Assembly: GCF_963676685.1 (NCBI RefSeq)
Contig: NC_092357.1
Span: 8,804,001 to 8,868,000, forward strand
Reading direction: 5' to 3'
DNA length: 64,000 bases
DNA from: Mytilus edulis
Taxonomy: Eukaryota
Positions 39,190 to 53,090 of this stretch are shown here, piece by piece. Made by a program: the position numbers and the translations under genes. Each line of letters starts with the position of its first letter. Position 1 is the stretch's first letter. The notes under the pieces were generated by a model. That model saw only the letters and a list, made by a program, of their open reading frames with translations, ran no database searches and was not told the origin of the DNA.

Positions 39190-39790
39190 AACAATCTTAA
39201 CTCAAATGACAAATTGAACACAACCTCAACTTCGTGTACAAAATATTCATTATTTTTTTTAAGATATCAAAATGAAAAAATATATATTCTTAACAATCAT
39301 TTCACTATCATACCATAACTCTCCTTCTTACTGTTTATTAACTGTTTGTTTTCAATTTTGAATTAATAAAAAAATGAATACAATCTCAACTTCGTTTAAC
39401 TACTATCTAATTTTACTTAAAATGTTAAGCCAAAGATAGATTGTAGCTAAAACAGGTCATTTTAATATCGCCACGTAAGTTTTCTTCACTACTTTTCAAC
39501 TATCTGGTTTTGTTTTCAATTCTAATTCAAGTAACGTTTTGCAATGACTTAAACTGCGTGTACAAAATATCCATTTTTTAAATATCAAAAGAAAAAAGCT
39601 AGATAGGTAAAACTGGTCATTTCAATTTCGCGATTGAAATCTTCTAGTAGCTGTATAGCAATTTTTTTTGTTTTTCAATTTTAAATCAGTAACGAATTGA
39701 AATCACTTAAACTTCCTGTACTTAGTAACTGTTTCTTTATATTTGCCAAAGTCAAGTGATAAATCTAAAAAAAATCATCACAGACACACA
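39190..39790. repeat. Degenerate about 160-bp satellite, about 4 units
   Basis: Anchors ctcaacttcgt/cttaaact at about 39226, 39386, 39548, 39706. Confidence 0.7.
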
Positions 39791-40529
39791 ATCTAAACGA
39801 ATCTCATTACGGAGTTTAGGTGTAATACAGTTATGTTTTATTAAAGCTTCCAATAGGATTTTAGATAGATATTACATTTTGAGATCAAGTGTGCTGTAAG
39901 TATCGACTTTAAACTAAGAGACAACAAACTGTTTATCACATTGTCAATGCGATCAAATTGAAGTTAAACGATTTTTAAAAACAATTTAGATGAATATTTA
40001 ACCGATTTTTAACTACTTGACTGCTTTTTATAAATGGTCAATAACCATAAACAGTTTATATTCGGAACAAAGATATCGTGTTCAGGAGGGTGGTTTGCAT
40101 GAGCTTAAATTTAGTTCATGTAAATTCCTTCACAAGACAGGCATCTACAAATCACTAAAGAAAAAACGTAAGACTGGGCAACTTGAACACCACAAGAACG
40201 AGGGAAATAGTAATGTCTTATCTTCATGGCCTTATTATATTTTCTGTTGATAAATATAAATTTGAAAAAAAATAGTAATTAAAGTAGATCGAGTGTCCCT
40301 TTCTGAGCATCGGTCCCGTGCATGTTGCAGACATACAATTTGGTTAAAAAACATTTACCAATTATTATTCAAAAACAATAGAAACAACCCGAATTAAATA
40401 ACTGTGATTGCGTTAATTTCAATGTATTTCAACGAAAAGAACAAGGAATTTTTTTGGAAATTTTCTTGAAAAAATTACAATTCATCAACAGTATTTTTTT
40501 TTTAAATTTAATTCACTTAAAATGAAATA

Positions 40530-41140
40530 TAAAAAAAAAATGTGGTATGATTGTCAAAGAGACGACTCTCCACAAAAGACCAAAATAACACAGAAGTTGA
40601 CAACTATAGATCAGCGTACGGCCTTCAACACTGAGCAAAGCCCATACCGCATAGTCAGCTATAAAAGGCCACGAAATGACAATGTAAATTGAGAAAACTA
40701 ACGGCCTTATTAGTGTACAAAGATTGAACAAAAAAAAAATACGTAACACATAAACAAACGACAACCACTGAATTACAGGCTCCTGACTTGAGAGGCACAT
40801 ACATACAGAATCTGGCGGGGTTAAACATGCTAAAGGGATCTTAACCCCCTAACCTAGGACAGTTGTATAACATTACAACATAAGAAAGAACCATAACAAT
40901 CAGTTGAAAAGTGCTTCATCAGATTGTCAAAAATACAAGTTGACGTGGACGGGTACTTGTCATAACAACAAAAATACACTAGGTACATACCTAGCAGTAC
41001 TCGCAGTTAACTGAAAGCTAGTTCAAAGTCTCCAACGACAAATAAAAAATTATGCATCTAAGACAAAATTATCAATCCGTACACATCTAACATCCAATGG
41101 GTTTCGTCTAAAGACGTCATAAACAGTCAGAGGAAAACAT
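40530..41140 (+). mobile_element. Family A copy (long)
   Basis: Same motifs as the 31047 and 54630 copies. Confidence 0.8.
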
Positions 41141-42599
41141 AACAGAACACATGACAGGAGTCAGCTTGTTTTTTGAAAATATGAACTTTTTCATACGGTG
41201 TAAATTTAGACTAATTTACAAAGGTTACCGATGTTTAAATTTTATTAGAGATTTAGACTTTAAGACGAATAAAGGTCACGAGCGACCTTAAATAAGGGAA
41301 TATCATGAACTTAATAAAAAAAAACAGAACTGGCTGCATCAAAAGGATAAGCATATCTTGTTATGTAGAAATCAAATGCGGTTTAAACAAAATAAGATTT
41401 ATCATGACGTAAACCGACACATTTGTATAGACCTACGATTATCATGTGTTGTGAAAGCTTTGTTTACTGAGCCGATTTATTCGACTTGTTTCAGTTGAAC
41501 ATTGAGAAAAAAGTTATCATCGTAGAATGATTAAACGTTTTGATAATAATTTGTAAAATTGATTTTGGTTAGTTTGAATTTTTTTTTTTTTTTTTTTGTG
41601 TGTGATAGGGTCTTTAGTCTCTTTTTGGATTTGTTATTTTTTTCAATGAATTCATATGTTATCATGATTAAAAGCTTGTTTGAAATGATTCTGAATATTT
41701 GATGTATCATTTGCTTTAAGATTACTGTTAAAAAGGGGAAGGGTTGCAATCAAAATTAATTAAGTTTAATATTGTACACATTCATAAGTCGTGATTGTGA
41801 CGTAACCAAAGGCGAATGTTCACATATGTTTTCTTGCAATTAATATCATTATGGCATCTACACACCTATCTGAACATGAGATCACACCAACACCGTTTCT
41901 TTATTCATTGTCAGTATTTCTCTCAAACTTGTTAGTTTTTAAAATGGTCTCTGTGATATCTTACCACATTTGTTTCAATAATTAACTGTTTTTTTTAAAT
42001 TTCCATTTACGTTAGAAACGGATGATTCATGTGTTTTACTTAGTTGATAGGGACAGGAATCTACACAAATCTTATCAGTACAAAAACTTATTAAGTCTGG
42101 ATAGCCGATCCTGATATATTTGTCTAGAGTTTTACTTCTGAGGCCTTATCTATGACACACGTGGTGATCGAATACACCTTGGCAATTCCTGACAAATTAC
42201 GGAAGTTTCAGGTGTTTATGTAATTGTATTTTTACTCTTTAACATTAACGTAAAGGTGAAATCAGAATGATTTTATTGCTGACAATAAGCTAAATCTACG
42301 TTTCTGTCATTATCCTATCTAGGCTATTATTTTGTACAATATAGATAGAAAAACACCTCCGATAATGGAATTTTTGAAAAGTCGTAAGACTTCTAATGCA
42401 GTAATGTCAACGATTTGTGTATCGACATTTCTAATCTTATTTTTCTTTTCGTAAAGGCCATCCTTTGATGCAAGCTCGTTTTCGATTTGTGAGTCAGATA
42501 AATGCTATAAACAAAATCGGGTATGTCAAATAGCAACACTTGTCAGGTACGGAGTTGAGGACTTCCGACATGTGTCATTAGAACACAAAATATAGATGA

Positions 42600-42792
42600 G
42601 TTTAACATGTGTGTAAGCTGAAAACCTGAGATCACCCCAGTTTGTGGTGTGGTTCGTGTTGCGTATTCTTTAGTTTTATATGTTGTGTCATATATATTAT
42701 TGTTTGTCTTTTTCAATTTAAGCCAAGGCGTTGTCAGTTAATTTTCGAGTTATGAGTTTGACTGTCCCTCTGGTATCTTTCGTCCCTCTTTT
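42600..42792 (+). mobile_element. Family E repeat (PLE 3'-like)
   Basis: cctgagatcacccc..ggttcgtgttgc..tgagtttgactgtccctctggtatctttcgtccctcttt, as at 11730-11905; fragments also at 44090, 50180 (-) and 52270 (-). Confidence 0.7.
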
Positions 42793-43171
42793 ATCAACCG
42801 TCCGCATAACATCGGAGAGTGCTGTAACATCACAACAAACGAACAGACTGTTAATATTAGCTAGAAATCTAAAAGACCTGACAGATCACAAAAAATGTCA
42901 ACATTAAACAACAACAAGACTGAAATCAAAGAAAAAGCATCAACCATAGCCTCGATTTTGCATATGTGTGAAAAGATGGTTTCTAATTCAGTGGTTGTTC
43001 TGTTGCTCTTTACCATATAACCAATTGATTTGGCCTTTAAGGGGGCGATAGTATTCCCGTTTTAATTGTTTAAATGCTTTTATAGCTCAGTATGCAAACT
43101 ATAATCTAATTAGCTATTATATCATATCGTCTTTGTATTTACCAATATGTCACAGCTACACATAAAGGCTG

Positions 43172-43203
<32 letters not shown>

Positions 43204-43519
43204 AATATTTTTGGTATTTCTTTTTCCAGATTAATCCTTTTTAATGTATTGATAAAGCATGTCAATGTTAAGTTACAGATACCAATCATTTCAATTGATA
43301 TATGCCCGTAAGTCCATTTATCATGTTCGATATTTAGTTGTTTTCGAATCTATTTAAATCTTCAATACATACACTCAAGCAGGATACGGATATTTATCTT
43401 AATAATATTTTGTAATTAAATATTCAATCTGATGGAATACTACTAGTGTTGTAATGTCATGATTGTTGATGTGCTTATAACGAACAGCGAGTTGCATTTG
43501 TGATGGAGATTTTTATAAA

Positions 43520-43720
43520 AAGTAAACTTTGATATTTTTGCAAAAACTACGGATTTTTTTATTTCAGGCATAGATTACTTAGCCGTATTTGGCACTTTGG
43601 AATTTCGGGTCCTCAATGCTTTTTAACTTTGGACTTGTTTGGCTTTATAAATATTTTTATCTGAGCGTCACTGTTGAGTTTTATGTAGAAGAAACAAATT
43701 CGGGTACCTTTTGTAACTAG
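43520..43720 (+). mobile_element. Retrozyme-like repeat copy, degenerate
   Basis: agccgtatttggcac..gagcgtcactgttgagttttatgtagaagaaac..ggtaccttttgtaacta. Confidence 0.75.
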
Positions 43721-44679
43721 TGTATTGTCGATTATAGTGGTCAATCAAATAATATTAAATTGTTATATCGTAGCTAAGAGAAATCTCAATACATGTCAAG
43801 CATAAGACTTGCCGTAGGTTATTAATAACACAAAAATCAAACAAACATTTTAGCCTTCGTCTGACCTGTAAACAGAGGAAACACCCAATCAGCTTCTGTT
43901 TAACATGTAAACTTACCGGTTATTTACTAACGATAACACAGTTTCCATTTATCATAGAGTACTTATCTTGAAAAACAGTACAAAACCTAAATCTTCTTTG
44001 AGAGACTGATGCATATATTTGGGTATCATCAGTGTTGTTTAGTAACGCTATTTTTCGATACAATATTTAATGGATAAGCTATATTTTTATTTTTAGCCAT
44101 TGGTTTGTCAGTTTATCTTATATCTATGAGTTTGACCCTCTGGTATCTATCGACCCTCTTCTATAACACAATATTAGTAAAAAATACAGGTAATTCTATC
44201 GTTGTCTACAAATTCTTATTGTTGCCAACATTACAAACGTCTTGATAAAACCCATTTTTATGTAGTTTAAGTATAAAAGTTTTTCTGGGTATACAATTAT
44301 CTTATTTAAACCAATGTGTTAACTTTTTAGCATACACATAGTTTTTGTATGGTGAATAGGATAGTTAAATAACTCCATTAGGACAATTTGAATTAAATCC
44401 AAGAATTCAAAACTCCCCTTCCTATATGCATGCATTCCATTTGTGGTCAAAATATATCCTAACTTTAACAGTTTTATTATAAATATGATCTTCTCATAAC
44501 GCAACAGTAATCTACCGATGTTCTTTTAATCTCATGTCTATGAATAACATAGATACTTGGAGTGGGTATTCACGTGACAAAAAGACGTCGAGACAAACTT
44601 GTAAATAGATCTTGCAAAACAATACACAGAACAAAAGTTCGTTTAGAGATCGGTTGATTATCTGCAATTTGATATGAAA

Positions 44680-44950
44680 AAAAGAAGATGTTGTACATGT
44701 TTGATTGCCAGTGAGACAACCGTCCACAAGAGACCAAAATGACACAGAAATTAACAACTATAGGTCACCGTACTACCTTCAACAATGAGCAAAGCCCATA
44801 CCTCATAGTCAGCTATAAAAAGGCCCCAAAATGACAATGTAAAACAATTCAAACGAGAAAACTAACGGACTTCTTTATATAAAAAAAAAATGAACGAAAA
44901 ACAAATATGTAACACATTAACAAACGACAACCACTGAATTACAGGCTCCT
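44680..44950 (+). mobile_element. Family A copy
   Basis: Close match to 52788-53050. Confidence 0.8.
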
Positions 44951-45344
44951 CATACGCTTTCTTTCTTTTTTGTTTTGTATGTGGAATATTGTTATACTAG
45001 TTTGCCTATTTTGTTATAGTTTGTCCCATAGCACTTTTTGATTTACTTCTAGTTATCCGTTTTGAATGCCCCTTTGGTACTTTTATCTCTTGTCTATGCA
45101 GCTGTTTTTTGAACATTTCAATAGATGGCTTCGTCTTATTTCGTGTCAAGATACGATTATATCGAACAATATATTCTCTGTGGATCGTTTTTTCATATTA
45201 GCTATAAATAATCAGTACGAACTCAGACTTTGCACGTACAGTAACTATTATACAATAACAAGACATCCTTTTTAGACAGAGTCATTATACAAGTAGTACA
45301 CTTCCAAATTGAATAGATAATGAAAAGTGTATTACATACTATAT

Positions 45345-45850
45345 TGATAAATCCAATATGAGAGTTACGGTGCTATCAGTAATAAGAAATATAAAGTGCG
45401 GAAGTTTGTTCAGTATTAATCTTACTGTGAAACATCAGTGTACAGATAGAAATATAATCTTTGTGTATTAAAGTTATTTTATCCGTTGAATAAATCACTT
45501 TGCAAGTTCATATCGTTTGCAATGCTTTGGAGGCATATTGTCATCATAAAAGTTTACAGCAAAACAAATTGATGGGAAAAAAACAGGACTGTTATGATTT
45601 TTGACGTTCTATCTTTAAATCAAATATAAGGGTTACGATGTAAAGACTAAAACGTGGAAGTTTGTAGAGAATTAATTAGATATTTAAACAGAAATCAGTG
45701 TACAGTTAGAAGTATAACCTTTGGGTATTAAAGTAATTTTAACTGTTAATAAAATCGCTGTATAATTGCATGTCGTTTGAAATGTTTTTAAGTACATTGT
45801 CATTGTAAAAGTTTACAGAAATACAACTCGACAGGGAACATACACAGAAT
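45345..45850. repeat. Diverged tandem duplication, about 265 bp x2
   Basis: atcagtgtacag(a/t)tagaa at about 45434 and 45694; aaaagtttacag at about 45548 and 45807. Confidence 0.75.
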
Positions 45851-45961
45851 ATGACGAAAAAAGGATTCGTTCAAAGCGTTGGTTATTTGTTGCTCGTTTA
45901 TATCAACACTGGGAGATCATCCTTAAGTCATCGAAATTGAAAAGAACAAGTTTATAAGGAG

Positions 45962-46980
45962 AATTAAAACAATTGTTCAGAGAACAATTGAAAGTATTTC
46001 CACCCATAAAGATCAATCTTGATATATAAATATTAAAATTCAGTTTGAACTATCTTATCCGGCGTCAATTGATAGATCATTGTACACTGATTCCAAAAAT
46101 ATAAGGTTTCTCTTAATTTATTTTCTAAATAAGGGAGATACATTGTTACTTCCGGTTTGAAATATGTCACTTCCAGTTTTATTTTATAATTTACTTGATA
46201 CTGATTCCAAAAATATATTGTTCAACATACTTTTGCAATAAACAAGTACAAACAATAGCAACTTCCGGTTTACACAAGGTCACTTCTGGTTGGCTTTTCA
46301 AGGTAATGTAATTTGCAACCAAATAAAAAAGCCCTATGGTATTTTTGAGTTTAAATATGAAGTTTAAGCAAAGGTTAAAATCTAGAACATCAAATTTAAC
46401 TTGATCTTTAGCTCAAGTTTAAGGACAAACACCAAGGACCATTAATCATATTTTACTAGGTCTTTATTATACTTGGTAAATGAGTTATACAACCATACAT
46501 GTAATTTTAAATATAAAAAGGGAAAAACTCCCTTTTACGGTCAACGTACGTGCTCAACAAAAATTCATGTGTTACGACATGTCGCAACTTACAATTTAGT
46601 AAAAATATGTTGTCAATATCTTGTACGGTTTTGAAAGGAAGTGAAAATAAGCCATAATCAAAATTCAGAATATGACCTTGACCTTTGACCTTGACCTAAT
46701 TTTCATTTTTTTTTGGACCAAGGACTTCAAATCAAAAGACCCTAGGTCTCTATCACTTATGGTTTAACAGTTAGAAATTCGTATCACTCCTACAAAGAAA
46801 ATTATTTGGTTACGCGGGGTAAATTTCAAAGGTGCATAAACTGTTCGATATCATATACAAAATATATAAGAAACATATTGCGAAACGCTTATTTATCACA
46901 AGAACAAAATTAGGCGGAAGAAGAAAAAAATCGAAGAAAACCAATAGTTCTTTCCACAGAAAAGTGGAAAGACCTAATTA
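45962..46980. mobile_element. Helentron/HINE-like non-autonomous element
   Basis: tgaccttgacctttgaccttgacct motif at about 46672, repeated acttccggttt, terminal hairpin tagttctttccac-agaaaa-gtggaaagaccta (46945-46976). Left boundary uncertain. Confidence 0.5.
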
Positions 46981-47126
46981 TCAAGACAAAGACAAGGGTG
47001 ATATAAACTGAAATCTTGAGAATATTACATGACCTTGTTCAAACAGATCATATAATGAGGAAAACGCAGACTATTACAGCCGGACGCTCACTAAAGATGA
47101 TATTGATGATTGCTTCGTATATTTTC

Positions 47127-47318
47127 TTAGCTAATAAATTAAGAGAAAACTGTAATGTATTTGCAGCTTTAAGGACGTCCATCTGTACATTTACTTTCGC
47201 AAATTTAGTTTACCTGGCGACGAGTAGCGGAGACGTGTGAATGGGTATTTGCGACAGTAAAACTATCGATGGACGTCCGCAAAGCTTCAAAAACAAAACA
47301 GTTATCTCTATGCTAAGC
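47127..47318. repeat. Imperfect palindromic element
   Basis: agagaaaactgt..agctttaaggacgtccatc..tttactttcgcaaat pairs with atttgcgacagtaaa..gatggacgtccgcaaagct..acagttatctct. Confidence 0.7.
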
Positions 47319-48825
47319 AAGACAAATTCATAATTAAATTTCAATCGTTATTTCAGTGTACAATCTTCATTAAAGAAATTCCGCGAAAAGATGTTATCTT
47401 CTTTGGTCCCTACACTAGGTGACGTCATAGGTATGATTCCGGCGTCAAACATAAACAGTGGGCTTTTTCTGGTTTCTGTGCCGCTTCAAAATGTAATAAA
47501 ATTTGATAAAAAGAAGATTCGTAGGTGAAACGTGTGAGTTTTTTTGCTTATTATTGTAGAAATTACATGTCAATACATTCAGCAATTCAAAATGTCGGCT
47601 TTCTTAGTTACAGACAAGGAGATAGAGAATGTTACGCTAACTGTCATCCAATCAGAATCATTGATACAAAATAATTGCATTATAATTGTTATTAATTGTC
47701 TTATGTTAGAGCAAAAAATGAATAAAAGTACTATCAATAGAAATTGAGACGATAGCTATGGTACTTAGTGTTAATGTTGTTTTCTTCAAAAACGAGTGTG
47801 TTATAAAATATTATTCATCAATTTCGTATAATATGCGTAAAATTTAATTTGCAAGCGATAAATATTTCGTATCAAAGATTGACATTTGAGGTTAAATCAC
47901 TTTAAATAAATAATTGACAAATTACTTCCGCATCTGAGGGATTTTCAGAAATCAATAGGTAATTCAGGAATGGTTATTAAGAATATAAAAAGGTTTGACA
48001 CGCTTCAGTCATTATTTGTAGAATCGGGAGAAAACTAATTTTGATATGTTTTACTTAACAGCAGGTTTCTAAGAAATTGGTTACAGTGTCAAAATAAAAT
48101 GTAACCCACAGCAAGAAATCGCTTCGCTATACAAAGTATCTGATCTATCTATAGATGTATTAAATTAATGTAAAAGTCCAATCAATCAAGACTGATGTGA
48201 TGAAATGTGATTCTAAAATTAATGATAGTACATTTTTCTTTATTAGCATAATGGAGTATTTAAAAACGGAAATTTTTTAAAACTCAGAATCGTCATACAG
48301 AATTTAACGTTATTCAAATAATAGTTGATAAAAAGTCAGAATAATTTAGCTGTGAATAAGAGGAAAATGTGTCACACAACAAGAAATCAGAACTAAAAAA
48401 AAGACAGTTCGACTAGAATGCTCACAGTGTGGTAATATGATTTTATTGAGGAAAAGCATGTTCGTGTACACTGATATAAACAACCAGCTTCTGATATTGG
48501 GTTTTTTTCCACATGGAAGCAATGTATATAAAGCTAGCCTAAATAAGGGTGGTTTTTTTTTAAATATACATTGTATTGCCTTTTTTCTCTCAATCGATTT
48601 ATGACTTTGAACACCAGTATACTATAGTTGCCTTATTTTTCCAATGGACATTTTTCAGTTTTCTGCGGTTTATTATGAATCCATTGTATGTACATTATAT
48701 TACAAAAGCTATATACTTGACTTGTTAGAGGGCATGATGAAATTCAGAGCTAGTCGCACATCTGTGAGCAAATCGTGATTAATGGGGTTTTGTTTCTAGA
48801 TGGCACAAGGATTATAAATGTAAAA

Positions 48826-49068
48826 TAGTTATCAAAGGAACCAGGATTATAATTTAGTACGCCAGACGTGCGTTTCGTCTACAAAAGACTCTTCAGTGAC
48901 GTTCATATCAAAATATTTATAAAGTCAAACAAGTACAAAGTTGAACAGCATTGAGGATCCAAAATTCCAAAAAAGTTGTGTTTCAAAAATACGGCTAAGG
49001 TAATCTATGCCTAGGATAAGACAAAGTCTTAGTTTTTCAAAAAAATTCAAAGTTTTTTAAACAGGAAA
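48826..49068 (-). mobile_element. Retrozyme-like repeat copy, specific to duplication copy 2
   Basis: Begins tagttatcaaaggaaccagg (family 3' end on the minus strand); empty site tataaatgtaaaa..aagagga at about 477-500 in copy 1. Confidence 0.85.
48859..48902 (-). ncRNA. Minimal type I hammerhead ribozyme, intact core
   Basis: Minus strand reads ACGUCA CUGAAGA GUCU UUUGU AGAC GAAA CGCACG UC^UGGCGU: CUGANGA box, 4-bp stem II, GAAA, short stem III, GUC cleavage triplet, 6-bp stem I (ACGUCA/UGGCGU). Confidence 0.85.
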
Positions 49069-50799
49069 CAAGAAGAAGTATGAAAACATTTAAAAATTAA
49101 AAATAAATGTTCTGATGACTTATAATCTGTCAAATGTGCCATTTAAGACTATTAGGTCTGAAAATTAGAAAATATCATTCGTTGCATATTTTGGAAGAGT
49201 TCTATTGATTTATGTATGGCTAAAATTTGATTAAAGGATTCCGTCTTTTGGCTGTGTGTTGAACAAAATATGTGAATTAATTTCGATACATTTTTATAAA
49301 TTAGTAATTTGTTAGGTTTGAAATCGACGCGGTTATAAATAAAACTTGTGATATGATGTAAGGTTTCTTGTTGGCTTCCTAATTTGATTTAAGATAAGAA
49401 TTATACTCATTCTAGAAAGAAATTTTAATCTGTTATATCTAATCAAGTGTAATTTTGCAAATTTTGTTCATATTATTTTATTAACGAACATTAATATCTT
49501 ACAATGAATCTATGAAAAATTTGCTGAAAATCAACTTCCGTATCTTAAAGATTATTACAAACTGATTTGAATGAACTATTGATGTAAAACACTGAATGAG
49601 CATGCACAGTAAATGTTTGATACGTGCAGCCAACCCGATTTCGTAATATTTCATTTGAATTTATATATAGCAGGGAAGGGAAACGAATTTGGTTGTGTGT
49701 TTTCAATTTCTTACATTCCTTTTTAAAAGAAAACATGCTTGTTCAATAGTTGATCGATGTAGTCAAGCCTCTAGATTTGTTCGTTTTTGTTTTAAAACCA
49801 CTTTGATATTTTTGTAATTACCTTTTTTTTACTTATCTTTTTCAACATGCAATTGACACGTATGATACACTGGATAACTTTGGGTATCCCTGTTTACAAA
49901 CCGACATTCTTTTTCTGTATCTTCTAAATTAGGGCATTATATTTAAAGTATGAGGATTAATGTAACCTAAAACAACCATTTTGAAACACTCGCTCGTAAA
50001 TTAATTTAAATTAACTTTTCAGTTGTACACTTTGTAATTATATACAAAAACAATTTTGCTCGCATTGGGTTATACCTTTATAAATCAAGAACCTTGAAAG
50101 AAGCTGTCATATTTGATAACTCAACATTTTTTGCTGTTTATATCATTGCTTTCTAAGCAACTTTTTGATAGTTTCTGTAAAAGAGGGACGAAAGATACCA
50201 AAGGGACGGTAAAACTCATAAATCTAAAATAAATGTAAGTTTAGTGGGTGTTAGCGCTTATGTCATTTTTACTATCAACCTCAATGGTACAGAATATAAA
50301 TTTAGTTTTTTGTGTGTTTCACGCTCTCTCGAGAAACATGTTGTAGCAATGTACCATGTGACAATATTTCGGATTACCTTTCCATTATTAATTACCATCC
50401 TTGAAATTAGATGAAGAATCGAGTTAAAGATTTTCTTGTTTTTGCTAATCAACCGATCACACTCAGATGAAAAAGCATGTAACCGAATTTACATTTATTT
50501 ATATTTAATTAAATCTTTTTGATTGACATGATTGATACAGTTCGTCATAAAAAAATTGATAATTGATAATGTATCTTATTGAAGAACATTCGTTTAAATG
50601 ATTGGGATAATACTATATGTTGTTGATTTTATTTTGATATATTCAACATGATCAAGTTATCAATGTCTGTTATATCTGCTGTTAACGATGCACTTAGGTC
50701 AGGTTTATAAATGGTTGTCAAATGTTCGGACTCCTCGGGTGTTGTTTTTTTTTAGAACGATACAGGGCAATAACACCAAATCAGTTCATTTAAGATGTC

Positions 50800-50981
50800 G
50801 AAAAACTAATGATTTTCTTATTACAGGCATAGATTACCTTAGATGTATTTGGCACAAATTTTTGGAATTCTGGATTCTCGATGCTCTTCGACTTGTTTGG
50901 CTTGATAAATATTTCGATATGAGCATCCCTGATGAGTCTTATGTAGAAGAAACGCGCGTCCTGGTACCTCTGATAACTATT
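50800..50981 (+). mobile_element. Retrozyme-like repeat copy with damaged hammerhead
   Basis: gtatttggcacaa..ctgatgagtcttatgtagaagaaacgcgcgtc|ctggtacctctgataacta; stem II closing pair broken, 3' strand of stem I deleted. Confidence 0.8.
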
Positions 50982-52785
50982 TCATTGCTAATGAAATGTC
51001 ATCTTCCAAACTTTAAACAGATTCTAGTTTTCTTTTCTTTCAATTTTAGACCCAAATTTTACCATTGAAATATCAGGTAAAAGTCCACGTCAGTGTTTTT
51101 CCGTATTTAAAAAAAAATATCACGAAAGGGAGCTCCGTTGCCGATTAATGTACTCTTGACTTTAAGATTTAATTATAAATTCCAGACTTGTTTTCATTTT
51201 AACCTAAGTACGTCCTTGAGTAATAAAATGAAACAATAATTGACTTGTGCGTGTGAAATCATTTAATGACTAGATAAAGCAATGTCGAAAATGTATTGAT
51301 TTATATCAATCACTTAGATTCGGAAGTAACTTGTAAATTCAAAATTGTGGGTGATAAAACGTCAAATGTAAATCTACTGAAGAACAAAGTGTCATGGAAA
51401 TTGCTGGAAATGATATCATTTCAACTTATCTGTAAAGCTTTCATTTGAAAGAATTGTTTTATTTTGAAAATCCGATTACAGTACCACATATATCAACTTA
51501 ATTACTAGTCAAGTTGGAAGAAATAATGATTACCATTAGAATAATGAGAAGAAAAATATACCAAATGAATATACAAACTATTACATGTCAACCAGGAATT
51601 AACAATGCAATTGCTAAAAACAAAAACAACGAAGAGTGTTGATTGTTTTTTAGTAGTTTCATTTATAATGTGATCATCGTTTATTTGAAAACCAAAACGT
51701 CGTCTTAAATTGAATGATCAGCAGGCTACGGCTTATATACATTCTCTAAAATACAAATTGGTTAAATCATCAGTGTCCATCTGTTACATTATCAGCTCAT
51801 TTAGTTTTATTCTCAGAAATGACTTTGGTCAGTGAACTCAAAAATGCAATGTAAGTATAGCTCAGACTTAATTAACCTTATTGTACTGCTGTGATGCCAT
51901 TTCAAGGTATTCCTCCAGAGTACCTCATAAAACCCACAGTTCTTATTGGGTTTGCTTTGCTCTGTCTTAAGTTTATTATGCAGGATTTAGTCGACTAATT
52001 TATCATTTCTCGTCTTTTTTGTATGGCATTGTCAGTTCCTCTTTGCTATTTCAGTTTTGAATCACCTTTGGTATAATCAGCTCTTTTTTATGAAGTTATC
52101 ATCAACAACAAAAAAAGAATAACAAATTTTTGTGGACTTACTTCATCAGGAACGGTCAAAGCTGAAAATTCCAAGGTAATGCTTTTTAAAAACCGACGCA
52201 ATTGTAAAAAGACCAAACGCTACTTATCAATGATTGCAAAATCCGTCTTATAATGCTGATGATAAAAAAGAAAAGAGATGCAAAAGATAAGCAAGTGACA
52301 TTTAAACGGATAAGTCGAAAATAAACTGCGAAGACATAACCCAAAAAGAAAACGACCAACAGATAAACAAAAGTACACAAAACACAGCATCGAAAACCAA
52401 CGACTGATCAACACTATCTCAAATAAACTAGGGTTATCGCAGGTGCTCTAGACGAGCATACAGATCCCACTCCTAATATAACACCCGTCTTTATTATAAT
52501 TATTTATGTTAATACATTGATGTCAAAAGGGAAACTAGTAAGAATGTACTTACACACACAGTAATAAGTTAACATTGATCACGAATACTCTTAAAGACTA
52601 ATACCGTTTATTATTAGAGATATTGCTATTGACACTGTTTCGCTATGACAGCCCTATTATCTTTGTTGATCGGTATAAGCGTATTGGAATAATGGACAGT
52701 CTCAGATGTATAGTTTGCAAAGTTTTCTTTTCTAGAAAATGCAATCTGAGGATAGGAAAAATTTGTCAATTTATGATATGGTATA

Positions 52786-53090
52786 AATAAGAAGATGTAG
52801 TATAATTGCCAATGAGACAACTATCCACAAAAGACCAAAATGACATAGACATTATCACCCATAGGTCACCGTACGGCCTTCAACAATGAGCAAAGCCCAT
52901 ACCGCATAGTCAGCTATAAAAGGCCCCGATAAGACAATGTAAAACAATTCAAACGAGAAAACTAACGGCCTTATGTATGTAATAAAAAATGAATGAAAAA
53001 CACATATGTAACACATAAACAAACGACAACCACTGAATTACAGGCTCCTGACTTGGGAAAGGCACATACATAAATAATGCGGCGGGGTAG
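52786..53090 (+). mobile_element. Family A copy, specific to duplication copy 2
   Basis: Empty site at about 3900-3930 in copy 1; tataaat on both flanks (possible TSD). Confidence 0.85.

Noticed and set aside
40513-40800. Recurrent similar short ORFs (also 44512, 54816, 22443, 36041, 10800)
   Set aside because: Chance frames within non-coding repeat families A and C, not a gene family.
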